In this document: positions 20,096 to 31,804 of the stretch, in pieces
Numbering within the stretch: the stretch's first letter is position 1
Layout of the letters: every line of letters begins with the position of its first letter
Source: Candidatus Thorarchaeota archaeon
Lineage (GTDB): Archaea > Asgardarchaeota > Thorarchaeia > Thorarchaeales > Thorarchaeaceae
Assembly (NCBI GenBank): GCA_963726195.1
Contig: CAVSBO010000004.1
Location: 320,001-384,000 of the forward strand
Length of the DNA stretch: 64,000 bases
Direction of reading: 5' to 3'
Translations under genes and position numbers: made by a program
Notes under the pieces: model-generated
What the model was told of the DNA's origin: nothing
Seen by the model: the letters and a program-made list of their open reading frames with translations, nothing else
Databases searched by the model: none

Positions 20096-21661
20096 TCATA
20101 TCGAGGGAGCACGTTTTGGTAACCAGATTCGGAAGTCTGCTCCCTGGCTAGGACAGCCAGCCACCCGATCCCGGACTCGGATTCGCCCACCGTATTTGTT
20201 AAGGATGTAAGCCGTCTGATGCAGTCCCACGCCACCAAAACGACGACCACTGTCGAACAGATATGCCTTTCTTCCATCATCGATTCCCGGACCGTTGTCA
20301 GCTACCGAGAGTTCATAGCCCTCGTCTCGCTCCAGAAGGCTTATCCAAACGTGCCTCTCTTGGAGGGGGTTGTGTACGACTGCGTTCTCGATTATATTGG
20401 TCAGCAGGACGTCTATGAACTTGCTAGCTAGTATGTTTGCGTCGCTGGAAATCGGGCCTACGTCTATTGTTGCATGTGTGAAATCTGTTCTGATATTGTT
20501 AACCGCTCTGTTGACCGCCTCTTTCAGTGATGTGGGATAAAGCGGAGTCTCACTGATGCGCTCCGTGGCCTTGGCCTTTGAAATCATCCTCGCGCATTTC
20601 TCAAGTGTTTCCTTCATCTCGTCAAGAACTGCTTGTCTTGCGTCAGGCTCCTGATGCGTTTCAAGCAGGTCAAGTCCCGCAGATATGGCTTGAAGATGAT
20701 TTCGAATGTCATGCCCCATGAGATCTAGGTATAGGTTAGCCAACTGCTCGGCTCTCTTGATCTGTGACACATCCCTGAAGCTCCACACGCGTCCACCCAG
20801 TTTCCCGCCTTGCGTCATTGGAGAAGAGTAGCATTCCATTAACCGGCCGTTCTTGAAGACAATCGTCATCAGGTCCGCTCCCGACGATGAGGTCAGTTGT
20901 TCGACTTTCTCGCTGAACTCCCCCGGCATCTCTAGTTGAAGTTGGAGCCAGCCGAAAACCTCAGACCAGTTCATCTTCATGATGGTTCCTTCTGGAATGC
21001 CCAGCATGTCCGTCAGGCGAGGATTGACGTGTTTGACTTTCCCCTCAGAATCGACGACGAGGACACCATTATCAGTAGATTCGATTGTCGCTCTAAACAG
21101 TGCCTCACTCTCACTCAAGATTTGCTCAGTCTTTCTCCTGTAGAGCGCCTCAGCGAAGACCGCAGCGACTGCCTCTATGTCTTTCGCATCTGCATTGTCA
21201 AAGCCGACATCTTTGTTGGCCAGCCCAATAACGCCAACAACTTTGTGTGCATAGGTCAGCGGCACACCCAAGAAATTATTGAGTGGTATATGGCCGTCTG
21301 GAACTCCAACTCGAGCTGGATGCAAACTGGGATGGTTCGTCAAGACTGTCTTTCCACTGAGCACGACCTGACCTAGTATCCCGTGGACCGTCATATGATT
21401 GAGTAGCTTCTTTGCCCGTTGTCTGTCAATCTTACAATCATCCAAGGCAGCAAGGTCCATAGCAAGATAGCTAAGTGTGCCATCAGGGTTCAGCTCGTTT
21501 ATTACTCCGAACTCGCTGCCGGTGATGCGCTGTGCAATCTCAAGACACCTCTCAGCCGCCTCCTGGTCAAGGGTTTGTTCGGCTGGGCTATCGGTTGAAG
21601 TAAACACCGAAGCGCTGTGAGGAGGGTCCTTGCCTTTCTTGGATTGTTCTCTGGTAGCCAT
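20096..21661 (-). CDS. GAF-PAS sensor histidine kinase
   Basis: GAF (FLGVPL..GVIGLANK), PAS, H-box GHDIRN, N-box NIIENA, DNGPGI, GVGL. Confidence 0.9.
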   Translation of the reverse strand: MATREQSKKGKDPPHSASVFTSTDSPAEQTLDQEAAERCLEIAQRITGSEFGVINELNPDGTLSYLAMDLAALDDCKIDRQRAKKLLNHMTVHGILGQVVLSGKTVLTNHPSLHPARVGVPDGHIPLNNFLGVPLTYAHKVVGVIGLANKDVGFDNADAKDIEAVAAVFAEALYRRKTEQILSESEALFRATIESTDNGVLVVDSEGKVKHVNPRLTDMLGIPEGTIMKMNWSEVFGWLQLQLEMPGEFSEKVEQLTSSSGADLMTIVFKNGRLMECYSSPMTQGGKLGGRVWSFRDVSQIKRAEQLANLYLDLMGHDIRNHLQAISAGLDLLETHQEPDARQAVLDEMKETLEKCARMISKAKATERISETPLYPTSLKEAVNRAVNNIRTDFTHATIDVGPISSDANILASKFIDVLLTNIIENAVVHNPLQERHVWISLLERDEGYELSVADNGPGIDDGRKAYLFDSGRRFGGVGLHQTAYILNKYGGRIRVRDRVAGCPSQGADFRIWLPKRAPSI

Positions 21662-21836
21662 TCGACTCCCTGCATGTCGTTTAGGGCATGAACCCCACTA
21701 CTCCATGGCAGATGATTCATGCGTCCTGCCTTTTGGCCGCTAGGGCTTATTACGCTATTTTGCGCCGACGTCCGCCGTCTATCCGAAGTACGCGCGTCGC
21801 TTCAGAGCAAATTCCTGTCCTCAGAGTGCTTGTGCC

Positions 21837-23663
21837 TCAGGTCACTTCATCTTTGTCGAGCCATTCTCTGAGTGTGTGTGCAGTCTTCTGTGACATGCCC
21901 TCGACTTTCGCAAGCTCCTCGATACTTGCTGACTTAACCTTCTCGTAGCTGCCAAATGCCTTCAGCAAGGCGGCCCTTCTCTTTGGTCCTATCCCCGGCG
22001 CCTCCTCGAGAATCGAGCCGCTGAATCTCTTCTCCCTTAGTATGTGGTGATACCGTTGCGCAAACCGGTGTGCTTCGTCACGTATCCTCTGAATCAGTCG
22101 CAGCCCGTCCGACTCTGGTGGAAGAGCTATCCCGTTCATGTTGTCCTGAGTGAAGATGATTTCCTCCTTCTTCGCAAGAGCAGCAATCGGGAGGTATTCA
22201 AGTCCTAGCTGACCCAAAGCCTTGAGTGCCGCGCTGAGCTGACCTTTTCCCCCGTCGACCATGATCAAGTCTGGAATGATGCCGCCTCCTTCCAGCACAC
22301 CCTTGTACCTTCTGAGTATTACTTCATGCATCATGGCATAGTCGTCAGGGGTCTCCTTCACGCGCACCCTGAACATTCGGTAGTTGTGGTTCACAGGTTG
22401 GCCATTGACAAAGACTACGCATGAGCCCGTGGGGTCGGTTCCCTGTATGTTGGCGATGTCGAAGCCCTCGATGTGGAGTGGAGCGCGGGTGAGTCCTAGA
22501 GATTCCTTGAGCTGTTTGACGCCTTCGTCAACTATGTCCTCGTCACGGTCTCCGAGTACGAGTATCTTGCGCAGGCTTCTCATAGCATTTGCATTAGCCA
22601 TCTTGACGAGCTCACTCGCTTTGCCTTCGGTCGGTTGAAACAGCTTGACTGGCGTCGCCCGGTTCTGGCTCAGCCAATCGCTGAGCTGTTCCATTTCCGG
22701 AATCTCAACAGGAAGCAGAATCTCATCAGGCACTTGTGGGAGTCTGAGGTAGAACTGCTCGACAAACGAAGAGAGGACCTCCGAGTCCGTTGTGTCCATA
22801 CTGAGTTCGAAATAGAAATGGTCGGTGCCAACGAGCCGACCCGTCCTGATGACGAGCATCTCAACCAGAGCAGCCTGCTCAGTTCTAGATATCCCGAGGA
22901 CATCCCTGTCGATCTCAGCGACATCGAAGACCTTCTGTTTCCTCATGACTATCTCTATGTCTTTGAGCCGATCCCTAAGTCTGGCAGCACTTTCGAACTC
23001 TAGATTGTTGGCAGCCTTATCCATCTCTTTCTTGACTCTTTGTGTGAGCTGGGCTTCCTTTCCCTCAAGGTATAGGCACATCTCTTCGACCATGGACCTA
23101 TACTCCTCTTTTGAGACGTGCTCCTTACAGGGTCCTGCACAGCGCCCGAGGTAATAATCGGTGCACTCCCTCTTGACCGCTTCAGGGCTCTTGCACATGG
23201 CTATTGGTATGAACTTGCGGGCAGAATCCAAGAATCTGTCCAGCCGTCTTGTGCTCCCATATGGCCCGTAGTAGTTGGCGCCGTCCTTCGCGACATCTCG
23301 AGTGACCTCAAAGACAGGGTACTCCTTGTTGAGGTCGACGCGTATCCATGCGTGCCTTCGGTCGTCCTTCAGGGCGATGTTGTACTTGGGCATATGCTGC
23401 TTGATTAGAGTCGACTCAAGAATGACGGCCTCGAGTTCGGTGTTTGTCACTATGGTCTCGAGGTCGCGGGCGTGGCTCATCAGGTCCCACGTTTTTGCGT
23501 CCTGTTCCTTCCTGCTCAGGTAAGAACTGACACGTTTACGTAGAGACTTGGCTTTTCCAATGTAAATGATCTTGCCTGCTTCGTCCTTCCAGAGATACAC
23601 ACCTGGAAGCTCCGGAAGGTCTCCAACCAGTTTGGCAAGATCGGACACATCACGAATCTCCAT
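21837..23663 (-). CDS. uvrC: excinuclease ABC subunit C
   Basis: GIY-YIG (PGVY..IYIGKAKSL), UVR, RNase H-like (EGFDI, VDGGKGQ, RDEAHRFA), HhH. Confidence 0.96.
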   Translation of the reverse strand: MEIRDVSDLAKLVGDLPELPGVYLWKDEAGKIIYIGKAKSLRKRVSSYLSRKEQDAKTWDLMSHARDLETIVTNTELEAVILESTLIKQHMPKYNIALKDDRRHAWIRVDLNKEYPVFEVTRDVAKDGANYYGPYGSTRRLDRFLDSARKFIPIAMCKSPEAVKRECTDYYLGRCAGPCKEHVSKEEYRSMVEEMCLYLEGKEAQLTQRVKKEMDKAANNLEFESAARLRDRLKDIEIVMRKQKVFDVAEIDRDVLGISRTEQAALVEMLVIRTGRLVGTDHFYFELSMDTTDSEVLSSFVEQFYLRLPQVPDEILLPVEIPEMEQLSDWLSQNRATPVKLFQPTEGKASELVKMANANAMRSLRKILVLGDRDEDIVDEGVKQLKESLGLTRAPLHIEGFDIANIQGTDPTGSCVVFVNGQPVNHNYRMFRVRVKETPDDYAMMHEVILRRYKGVLEGGGIIPDLIMVDGGKGQLSAALKALGQLGLEYLPIAALAKKEEIIFTQDNMNGIALPPESDGLRLIQRIRDEAHRFAQRYHHILREKRFSGSILEEAPGIGPKRRAALLKAFGSYEKVKSASIEELAKVEGMSQKTAHTLREWLDKDEVT

Positions 23664-23698
23664 TCATCGGCTGATTTGACAATGCAGTCAGTCATAAA

Positions 23699-26579
23699 TC
23701 AGGTCTTTGGAGGAGGCAGCGTAACCACGGCTGTGTGACGAGCGTTGGGACCGTAGAGGATGCTCTTGAGATGCTGCCCGGTGAATGACTCTGCTACTGA
23801 TGAAACCTCTTCTGGCGTTCCTGCAGCTACGACCGTGCCACCTTTGACCCCTCCTTCAGGACCGAGATCGATGACCCAATCTGCGGTCTTGATAACTTCT
23901 TGGTTGTGCTCGATGACAATGACGGTGTTGCCAGCGTCCACAAGGCGATTCAAGACCCTGAGGAGCACGTCGACGTCTGATGCGGAGAGACCAGTAGTAG
24001 GCTCATCCAGTATGTAGAGCGTGGAGCCGGTGCTTCTGCGTGAGAGTTCCGCAGAAAGCTTTACTCTCTGTGCCTCTCCTCCGCTGAGCGTGGTCGCAGG
24101 CTGACCCAGTTCAACGTACCCGAGACCGACATCGGAAAGTGTTTGGAGCCTGTCAGACTACTTGTGGAATGTCTCGGAAGAATTCCAGTGCTTCCTCGAT
24201 GTTCATTCTAAGAACTTCTGTGATGTTCTTGCCTTTGTATGTCACCTCAAGGGTCTCTCTGTCAAAGCGATTACCATTGCAGACATCGCACGTGATGTAG
24301 ACATCGGTCATGAAGTGCATCTCGACACGGAGCAGTCCGCTGCCTTGGCATTTCTCACATCTGCCAGCACGCGTGTTGAAGCTGAACCTGCCAGCCGTGT
24401 AGCCCCTTGCTTTTGCCTCCGGAGTCAGAGCAAAAAGCTTGCGAATCTCATCGAACACCTTTGTGTAGGTTGCAGGGTTTGATCGAGGAGTCCGTCCAAT
24501 AGGAGACTGGTCCACGAGTATCAGGCGGTCGATGTTCTCTGTCCCGTCAATCCTGTCGTGGTCGCCGGGAGTCTCTGTGGAACCGTTCATAGTCTCAGCC
24601 AAGGCCTTGTACAGGGTCTCATGGACAAGCGTGCTCTTCCCACTGCCTGACACGCCCGTGATACAGATGAACTTCCCGAGAGGAAAGGCGACGTCGATGT
24701 TCCTCAGGTTATTCTGGCGGGCACCTCTCACGACCATTGATTTTCCGTTGCCCTCTCTTCTTGTCTTGGGCACTGGTATCTGCTTCTTGCCCGCGAGGTA
24801 GAGTGCGGTGAGAGACTTGGGGTTTGCCAGCACTTCAACAGGTGTGCCGCATGCAACCAGCTTTCCTCCGTGGACACCGGCCCCGGGACCCAAATCCACG
24901 ATGTAGTCTGCCGCATTAATGGTGTCTCGATCGTGTTCGATTACCACAACTGTGTTGCCAAGGCTTCTGAGTCGAATGAGAGTGACAAGCAGTCGAGAAA
25001 TGTCACGAGGGTGAAGTCCCACCGAGGGCTCATCGAGGCAGTACAGGACACCAGTGAGCGCGGACCCAATCTGTGTTGCCAAACGGATTCTCTGTGATTC
25101 TCCTCCCGAGAGTGTCATAGATGGTCGTTCGAGCGAAAGATAGTCAAGCCCAACTGACACTATGAATGACAAACGTGACACGATTTCCTTCAGGATTAGA
25201 CCCGCAATCTTGTGCTCTCGCTCCGTCAACTCGATGTTCTTGAAGAAGTCGAGAGCATCTTCAATCGTCATTGATGTGATGCTGTCGATTGTCTTTCCCG
25301 CGACCGTCACTGCAAGGCTTTCTGGGCGTAGTCTTTTGCCGCCGCATGTCGCACAGACCTTCCTGCTTGAATATTGGCTGATGATTTTCTCTTTGGTCTC
25401 CTCGGAAAGTCTGCCACGCAGATGGCGCTCGAATCGAGGCACCATGCCTTCCCAAGTGCGAGTGATGCTAACTGTCTGAAGTCGTCCTTTGTAGTCAACC
25501 TGTTGGTAGGAGAACTTCACTCTGAGAGGAGGACGACCCCACATTATGATATCATGAACAGAGTCGGGAAGTTCGTCCCAAGGTGTATCCAGAGAGAATT
25601 TTGCTTCTGCCGCCAGAGCCTCTAGTAGGCGATAGGGCCAAGACTGCAGAGACCCGGCCCATGGCTTGATAGCCCCGTCCGTTAGACTGAGCCTATTGTC
25701 AGGAACTATCTTGTCCGGATCGATGCTGATGGTTGCACCCAGACCGTTGCAGGCCGGACACGCACCAGCAGGAGTGTTGTATGAGAAAGCCTTGGGTTCG
25801 AGCTTCTCGTACTGAATGCCGCAGTGTGGGCACATCAGTTTCTCCGCGAACACCATGTCCTGTTCACCCTCACGTGCGATAATCACTGAACCCTGTCCAG
25901 ACTCCAGTGCGGTCTCAATGGAACCCACTAGTCTTTCCCTGCTTTTTTCACCCAGCTCAACCCTGTCAATTACCACATCGACATTGTGTTTCTTGCGTCC
26001 ATCCAGTTCTAGCCCTTCTAGTTCCTGAATCTCTCCGTCAGCTCTCACTCGCGTGAAACCGTTCTCAGTCAGATGCTGAAGACTATCCTCCAGCTTTCCT
26101 GGCTCTTCTCTGGCAACGGGAGCGAGGACCAAGATTCTCTTGCCACCATTCTCCTGAAGCAAGAGCGTGGCGGCTGACTCGGCAGTGAGCTGCTCCATTG
26201 CAGCACCACACTTGATGCAGTGAGGGACGCCTATGTTGGCAAACAGAAGGCGCAGATAGTCGTGTATCTCCGTGCTTGTTCCAACCGTGCTTCGAGGGTT
26301 CTTCGTGCCGCCTTTCTGTTCAATCGAGATTGCAGGAGGCAAGCCGGTGATTGACTCAACTCTTGGCTTGTCGAGTCGACCCAGAAACCTTCTGGCATAT
26401 GACGAAAGTGATTCGACGTACCTCCGCTGACCTTCCGCGAAGATGGTGTCAAAGACAAGACTGGACTTCCCCGAACCTGACGGACCAGTAACGACAACGA
26501 GCCTATCCCGAGGAATATCAACATCGATACCCTTGAGGTTGTGTTCAGCGGCCCCTCGAACCTTGATGTAGCCTGTCAC
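23699..26579 (-). CDS. uvrA: excinuclease ABC subunit A, second paralog (apparent frameshift near 24157)
   Basis: Two ABC ATPase modules and Zn fingers; continues [30 protein letters not shown] after removing 1 nt. Confidence 0.92.
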
Positions 26580-29500
26580 GACCTCTTCCTCCTCGTCCCG
26601 CTACTCTGGACAGCCGTCTCAGGTTTCTCTTTACGAAGTATCTCTTTGAGATACCTTCCAGTGTATGAGTTCTCGCATCCGGCCACTTCCTCCGGGGATC
26701 CCTCTGCAATGAGGTAGCCGCCTTCATCGCCGCCCTCGGGACCTAAATCTATGACCCAATCAGCTGTCTTAACCACATCAAGTTGGTGTTCCACAACGAG
26801 TACAGTGTTACCCAAGTCCACCAGTTTGTGGAGAACCTCGAGCAGCTTCTTGATGTCCGCAAAATGAAGGCCAGTAGTTGGTTCGTCGAGAAGAATCAAG
26901 GTTTGACCCGTGGCAGGTCGTGAGAGGAACTTGCTGAGCTTGATTCTCTGTGCCTCGCCACCGCTGAGTGTGGTCGCGGGCTGACCCAGCTGAACGTAAC
27001 CCATGCCGACGTCATAGAGGGTCTTGAGCTTGCGATGAATTGATGGAATGTCTGTGAAGAACTCAAGCGCTTCGTCAGTCCTCATCGCAAGGATATCAGC
27101 TATGTTCTTCCCTCTGTAACGGACCTGAAGTGTCTCCCTGTTGTATCGCCGCCCCTTGCACTCAGCGCAGGTTACTTCGACTGGCGGCAAGAACTGCATC
27201 TCTATGACTTCAACGCCAGCGCCCTTGCACTTCTCGCATCGTCCGCCTTTTACATTGAAGCTGAACCTGCCCGGCTGGTATCCTCTGATCTTTGCCTCGG
27301 GCAGATTGGAGAGGAGGTCTCTGATGTCAGAGAACAGGCTAACATAAGTCGCGGGGTTAGACCTCGGCGTGCGGCCGATGGGGCTCTGGTCAATGATGAT
27401 GACCTTGTCTCACTGCTCAGCGCCAATGATTGCATCGCATTCGCCGGGCGTGGCCGTCGCGTTGTAGAACCTTCTTGCCAACTCCCTCTGAAGGGTCTCG
27501 TCTATCAGGCTCGACTTCCCGCTGCCCGATACGCCCGTGACACATACGAAGAGTCCCAGAGGTATGCGCACGTTGATGGACTTGAGATTATGATGCCGTG
27601 CACCCTTTATCTCAATGTATCTACCATTCGGCTGTCTTCGAACAGAGGGGACGGGTATCTTGTCCTCCCCCCGAAGGTACTTGGCCGTCAATGATTTCTT
27701 CGATGCAAGTACTTCATCGACCGTTCCTGCAACAACAACTCGACCCCCTTCATCACCAGCCCCGGGTCCCAGGTCAACGAGGTAGTCAGCAGCCCTCATT
27801 GTAGACTCGTCATGTTCTACCACGACTACGGTGTTCCCTATGTCTCGCAGGCTCTTGAGCGAGTTAAGGAGTCGCAGATTATCACGTTGATGAAGCCCGA
27901 TGGAAGGCTCATCACAAACGTAGGTAACTCCCACAAGATTGGACCCAATCTGACTTGCAAGTCGTATTCTCTGTGCCTCTCCGCCAGCAAGTGACGGTGC
28001 CGGCCGATCAAGTGTCAGATAGTCGAGACCAACCTCCACAAGGAAACCTATCCTTCCCATTATCTCTTTGATGATTGGATGGGCAATCGGTTCTTCTCTC
28101 GGCGTCAAGACCACGGATTGAAAGAACTTGGAGAGATCTTTGATGGACATCCTGTTCACGTCCGTTATCGACAGGTCCCTGAACTTCACGGCAGTCGACT
28201 CGGGTCGAAGCCGCAAACCCTTGCATACTGGGCACTCGTGATCGACCATGAACTTCTCGAGCCACTGGCGTATGTAGTTTGACTTGGTCGTCTTGTAGTT
28301 GCGTTCCATCTGTGCAATCACGCCGCGAAACGGACCGAGCGTGCTGCCCTCCCATTGGGTCTTTGCCGGGTCATCTCCCCAATGCCAGTCGATTTTGATT
28401 TCCTCGTTGCCAGTTCCCAAAAGGACCTTATCCCTATCCTCTGGCTTCAGGTCTCTCCACGGGGTGCTCATCGAAAACCCGTACTTGTCAGCGACTGCTT
28501 TGATGGATGATGAGTGGGCCATCCAGTTATAGGGTGCGATGGCTCCCTGAGATATGGAGAGCGAGTCGTCTGGTATTACGAGTTTCAGGTCAATCTCCCT
28601 GATTGCTCCCAATCCTGTGCAGCTCGGACAAGCGCCGTGGGGGGTGTTCCAAGAAAACAGACGCGGCTCCATCTCTGGCAAGCTTATGCCGCAGTCAACG
28701 CACGCAAACTTCTCTGAGAGAGTAAGACTGCCGGAATCGGTGGCGATGGTCACAACTCTGTCGGCCATCTTTAGCGCGGTCTCTACGGCTTCTGAGATCC
28801 TTGCTCGCTGTGAGTTGGAGACCTTGAGCCGGTCGATGACAACTTCGATTGTGTGCTTGTAGTAACGGTCCAGTGACATGCCCTCTTCGATGTCTTTCAG
28901 TTCTCCATCGACGCGGACTCTGACAAATCCCTTCTCAAGCAGGTCGCGGAACTCTTTCCTGTACTCACCTTTCCTTTCTCTAACAATCGGTGCCATTATG
29001 GCAATGCTTGTCCCCTCTCCAAGGGCAAGAACCCTATCGACAATCTGCTGGGCAGTCTGGGGTTCGATTCTCTTGCCGCAGTTGGGACAGTGGGGAACAC
29101 CGACACGGGCGAACAGAAGCCTCAGGAAATCATAGATCTCTGTGATAGTGCCGACCGTGCTTCTCGGATTGTGACCTGCGCTCTTCTGGTCAATCGAAAT
29201 CGATGGGGATAGGCCAGACATGTAGTCCACCTTGGGCTTCTCAAGCATGCCGAGAAACTGTCGAGCGTAAGCTGAAAGCGATTCCACGAAGCGGCGCTGC
29301 CCCTCTGCGAATATCGTATCGAATACCAGACTGGACTTGCCCGAACCAGAGACACCAGTGACTACCGTCAGCTTGTTCCGAGGAATCTGCAGGTCGATGT
29401 GCTTGAGATTGTGCTCTGCAGCGCCACGAATGACGATGTCCTGTGGACCTTCCGTGTCCAGCTGAACGCTTTTGGCACGAGACCTAGACCTTGATGCCAT
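26576..29500 (-). CDS. uvrA: excinuclease ABC subunit A (in-frame TGA at 27410-27412)
   Basis: Canonical motifs; [26 protein letters not shown] reads in frame into ORF 26576-27199. Confidence 0.93.
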
Positions 29501-29503
29501 CGA

Positions 29504-31485
29504 CTACCGCCCTTCAATCTTCGTCTGCAGTTCACGAATCTGGTCTCGCAGTTCCGCAGCCTTCTCGAAATCGAGGTTCCTTGCTGCTTCCTTCATGTCT
29601 TCCTCAAGATTCACAATCAGCTCTGTGATGTTCTCCAAATCGACTAGGTCAAAGTCAGCTATCTTGGCCTGCTTAGGCTTCTTCTTCGATGGGATGCGCT
29701 CAGCAATATCGTATACGGATTTCACTATGGTCTTGGGCGTGATACCGTGTTGCTCGTTGTATCGCAGCTGGTACTCCCTGCGCCGGTTGGTCTCATTGAT
29801 TGCCGCCTGCATCGCCGCAGAGACATGATCACCGTAGAGTATGACCCGTCCGTTGACATTCCTTGCAGCTCGTCCCATTGTTTGAATGAGCGCCCATTCG
29901 CTTCTCAGGAAACCCTCCTTGTCAGCATCGAGAATGGCCACAAGGGAGACTTCTGGCAGGTCGAGACCCTCCCTTAGGAGGTTAATGCCAACGAGCACGT
30001 CGAATCTGCCAAGACGCAGGTCACGGATGATCTCTATGCGCTCAACCGTATTGATGTCCGAGTGAAGATACCTAGCCTTCACGCCGTTTTCCACTAGGTA
30101 TTCCGACAGCATCTCAGCGGTCTTTTTCGTGAGCGTAGTCACCAGCACTCGCTCATGTCTGGCCGCGGTCGTCCCTATCTCAGCCAGCAAGTCGTCGACC
30201 TGATTTCCAACGGGCTTCACTGTTATTTGCGGGTCGATCAGACCAGTAGGTCTCAGTAGCAATTCTACAATCTGACTACTTGCCTTTCTCTCATATGGCC
30301 CCGGTGTCGCGCTTGTGAAGATTGTGTGTTTCATGTAGCCCTTGAACTCATCGAACTTCAATGGACGATTGTCGTAAGTCTGACGGGAGTCTGAAACCAT
30401 AATCGACGAGGCTCTGCTTGCGAGATATGTCCCCGTGATACATCCCTTCCACCTGTGGAATGCTCATGTGGCTCTCGTCAATAATCATCAGAAAGTCTTC
30501 TGGAAAGTAATCAAGGAGACAGTAGGGCTTCTCACCCTGCTTCCTGCCGTCTATATGTCGGGAGTAGTTCTCGACACCCCCACACGATCCGGTCTGCCTG
30601 AGCATCTCCATGTCGTAGAGCGTCCGTCGGCGGAGCCGATCTGCCTCGACGAGCTTCCCCTGCTTCTTGAACCACTCAACGCGCTCTTCCATTTCGGCTT
30701 CAATCGAGTCCAAGGCGGCGATAGTTTTCTCATGGCGGGCTACGTGGTGCTTTGCAGGCCAGATGTCTATCCCGCGTTCCTCGAATATCCTGCGGGATGT
30801 CAGTGAATCAACTATTGATATTCGGTCTATCCTGTCGCCGTCGAGCTGGAGCCTTGTGGTCTCCGACTCGTAACCCGGATGAATGTCAATTACATCTCCA
30901 CGCACGCGAAATGTACCTGCTTTGAGTTCCATGTCGTTGCGCTCGTACTGCATTGACACTAGCTTTTCGAGAAGCGCGCGTCTTTCAATCTCTTGGCCCA
31001 CCTCAAGCGTCAGAGCAAGCTCGGTATACTCTTTGGGGTCGCCGAGGTTGTAGATACAGGAAACAGAAGCCACGACCACAACATCACTGCGGGTCTTGAG
31101 AGAGCGTGTGGTGGAGTTACGAAGCCTGTCTATCTCTTCGTTGATGTCCGTCTCTTTCTCGATGTACATGTCTTTGCTGGGAACATAGGCTTCTGGCATG
31201 TAGTAGTCATAGTATGAAACGAAGTACTCGACTGCGTTTTCGGGCAGGAAATTTCTGTACTCGGCTGCGAGCTGGGCTGCAAGTATCTTGTTGTGAGAGA
31301 TGACGATGGTGGGCTTTCCGTACTGAGCTATGACGTTGGCCATGACGAAGGTCTTGCCGGAGCCCGTGACACCGAGCAGAGTCTGCTCCTGAAGCCCACT
31401 GTTCAGGCCCTCCACGAGCTTCTGCAGCGCGTCGGGCTGATCTCCAGTGAGTTTGAACGGGGCAACCAGACTTGAAGTCCGCCAT
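29504..31485 (-). CDS. uvrB: excinuclease ABC subunit B (apparent frameshifts near 31470 and 30379)
   Basis: [45 protein letters not shown] (restored), GRAAR, C-terminal UVR. Confidence 0.95.
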
Positions 31486-31804
31486 CTGCTCTAGCCTCGA
31501 CCAGCGCAACGCATGCCTGATTACAAGTAAGGCTTATGGTACCTGCCACGCGCCGACTTGCCACGGCTGTTAGCCCTTCCTTGTATCTTTCTGTTTGCTC
31601 ATGTCCGCGGTGAAGAACGCGACACTAGTAGAGAGATAGTCGAAAGTATGACGGGCATGGGAGCTACGATTTGGCTGCTCGAAAAGTAGCTCTGGATAAA
31701 CGAATGGAGAGAGTTCTTCGCTCTTGTTCATTCGCGCCACTTAAATATCGGCGTGCGTGCGCTCCTTCAAGATGCAACTAGGCGACTTGACTAGGTGACT
31801 TAGC

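Noticed and set aside
17358-27412. In-frame TGA codons as selenocysteine or a recoded genetic code
   Set aside because: Both align to Leu-type positions, not Cys or Trp; TGA ends many genes here (e.g. 604, 7682, 10639); both fit the AGCT error pattern.
23699-31485. uvr operon as decaying pseudogenes or programmed frameshifting
   Set aside because: Catalytic motifs are intact, there are no slippery heptamers at the shifts, and the lesions are stereotyped single events at AGCT.
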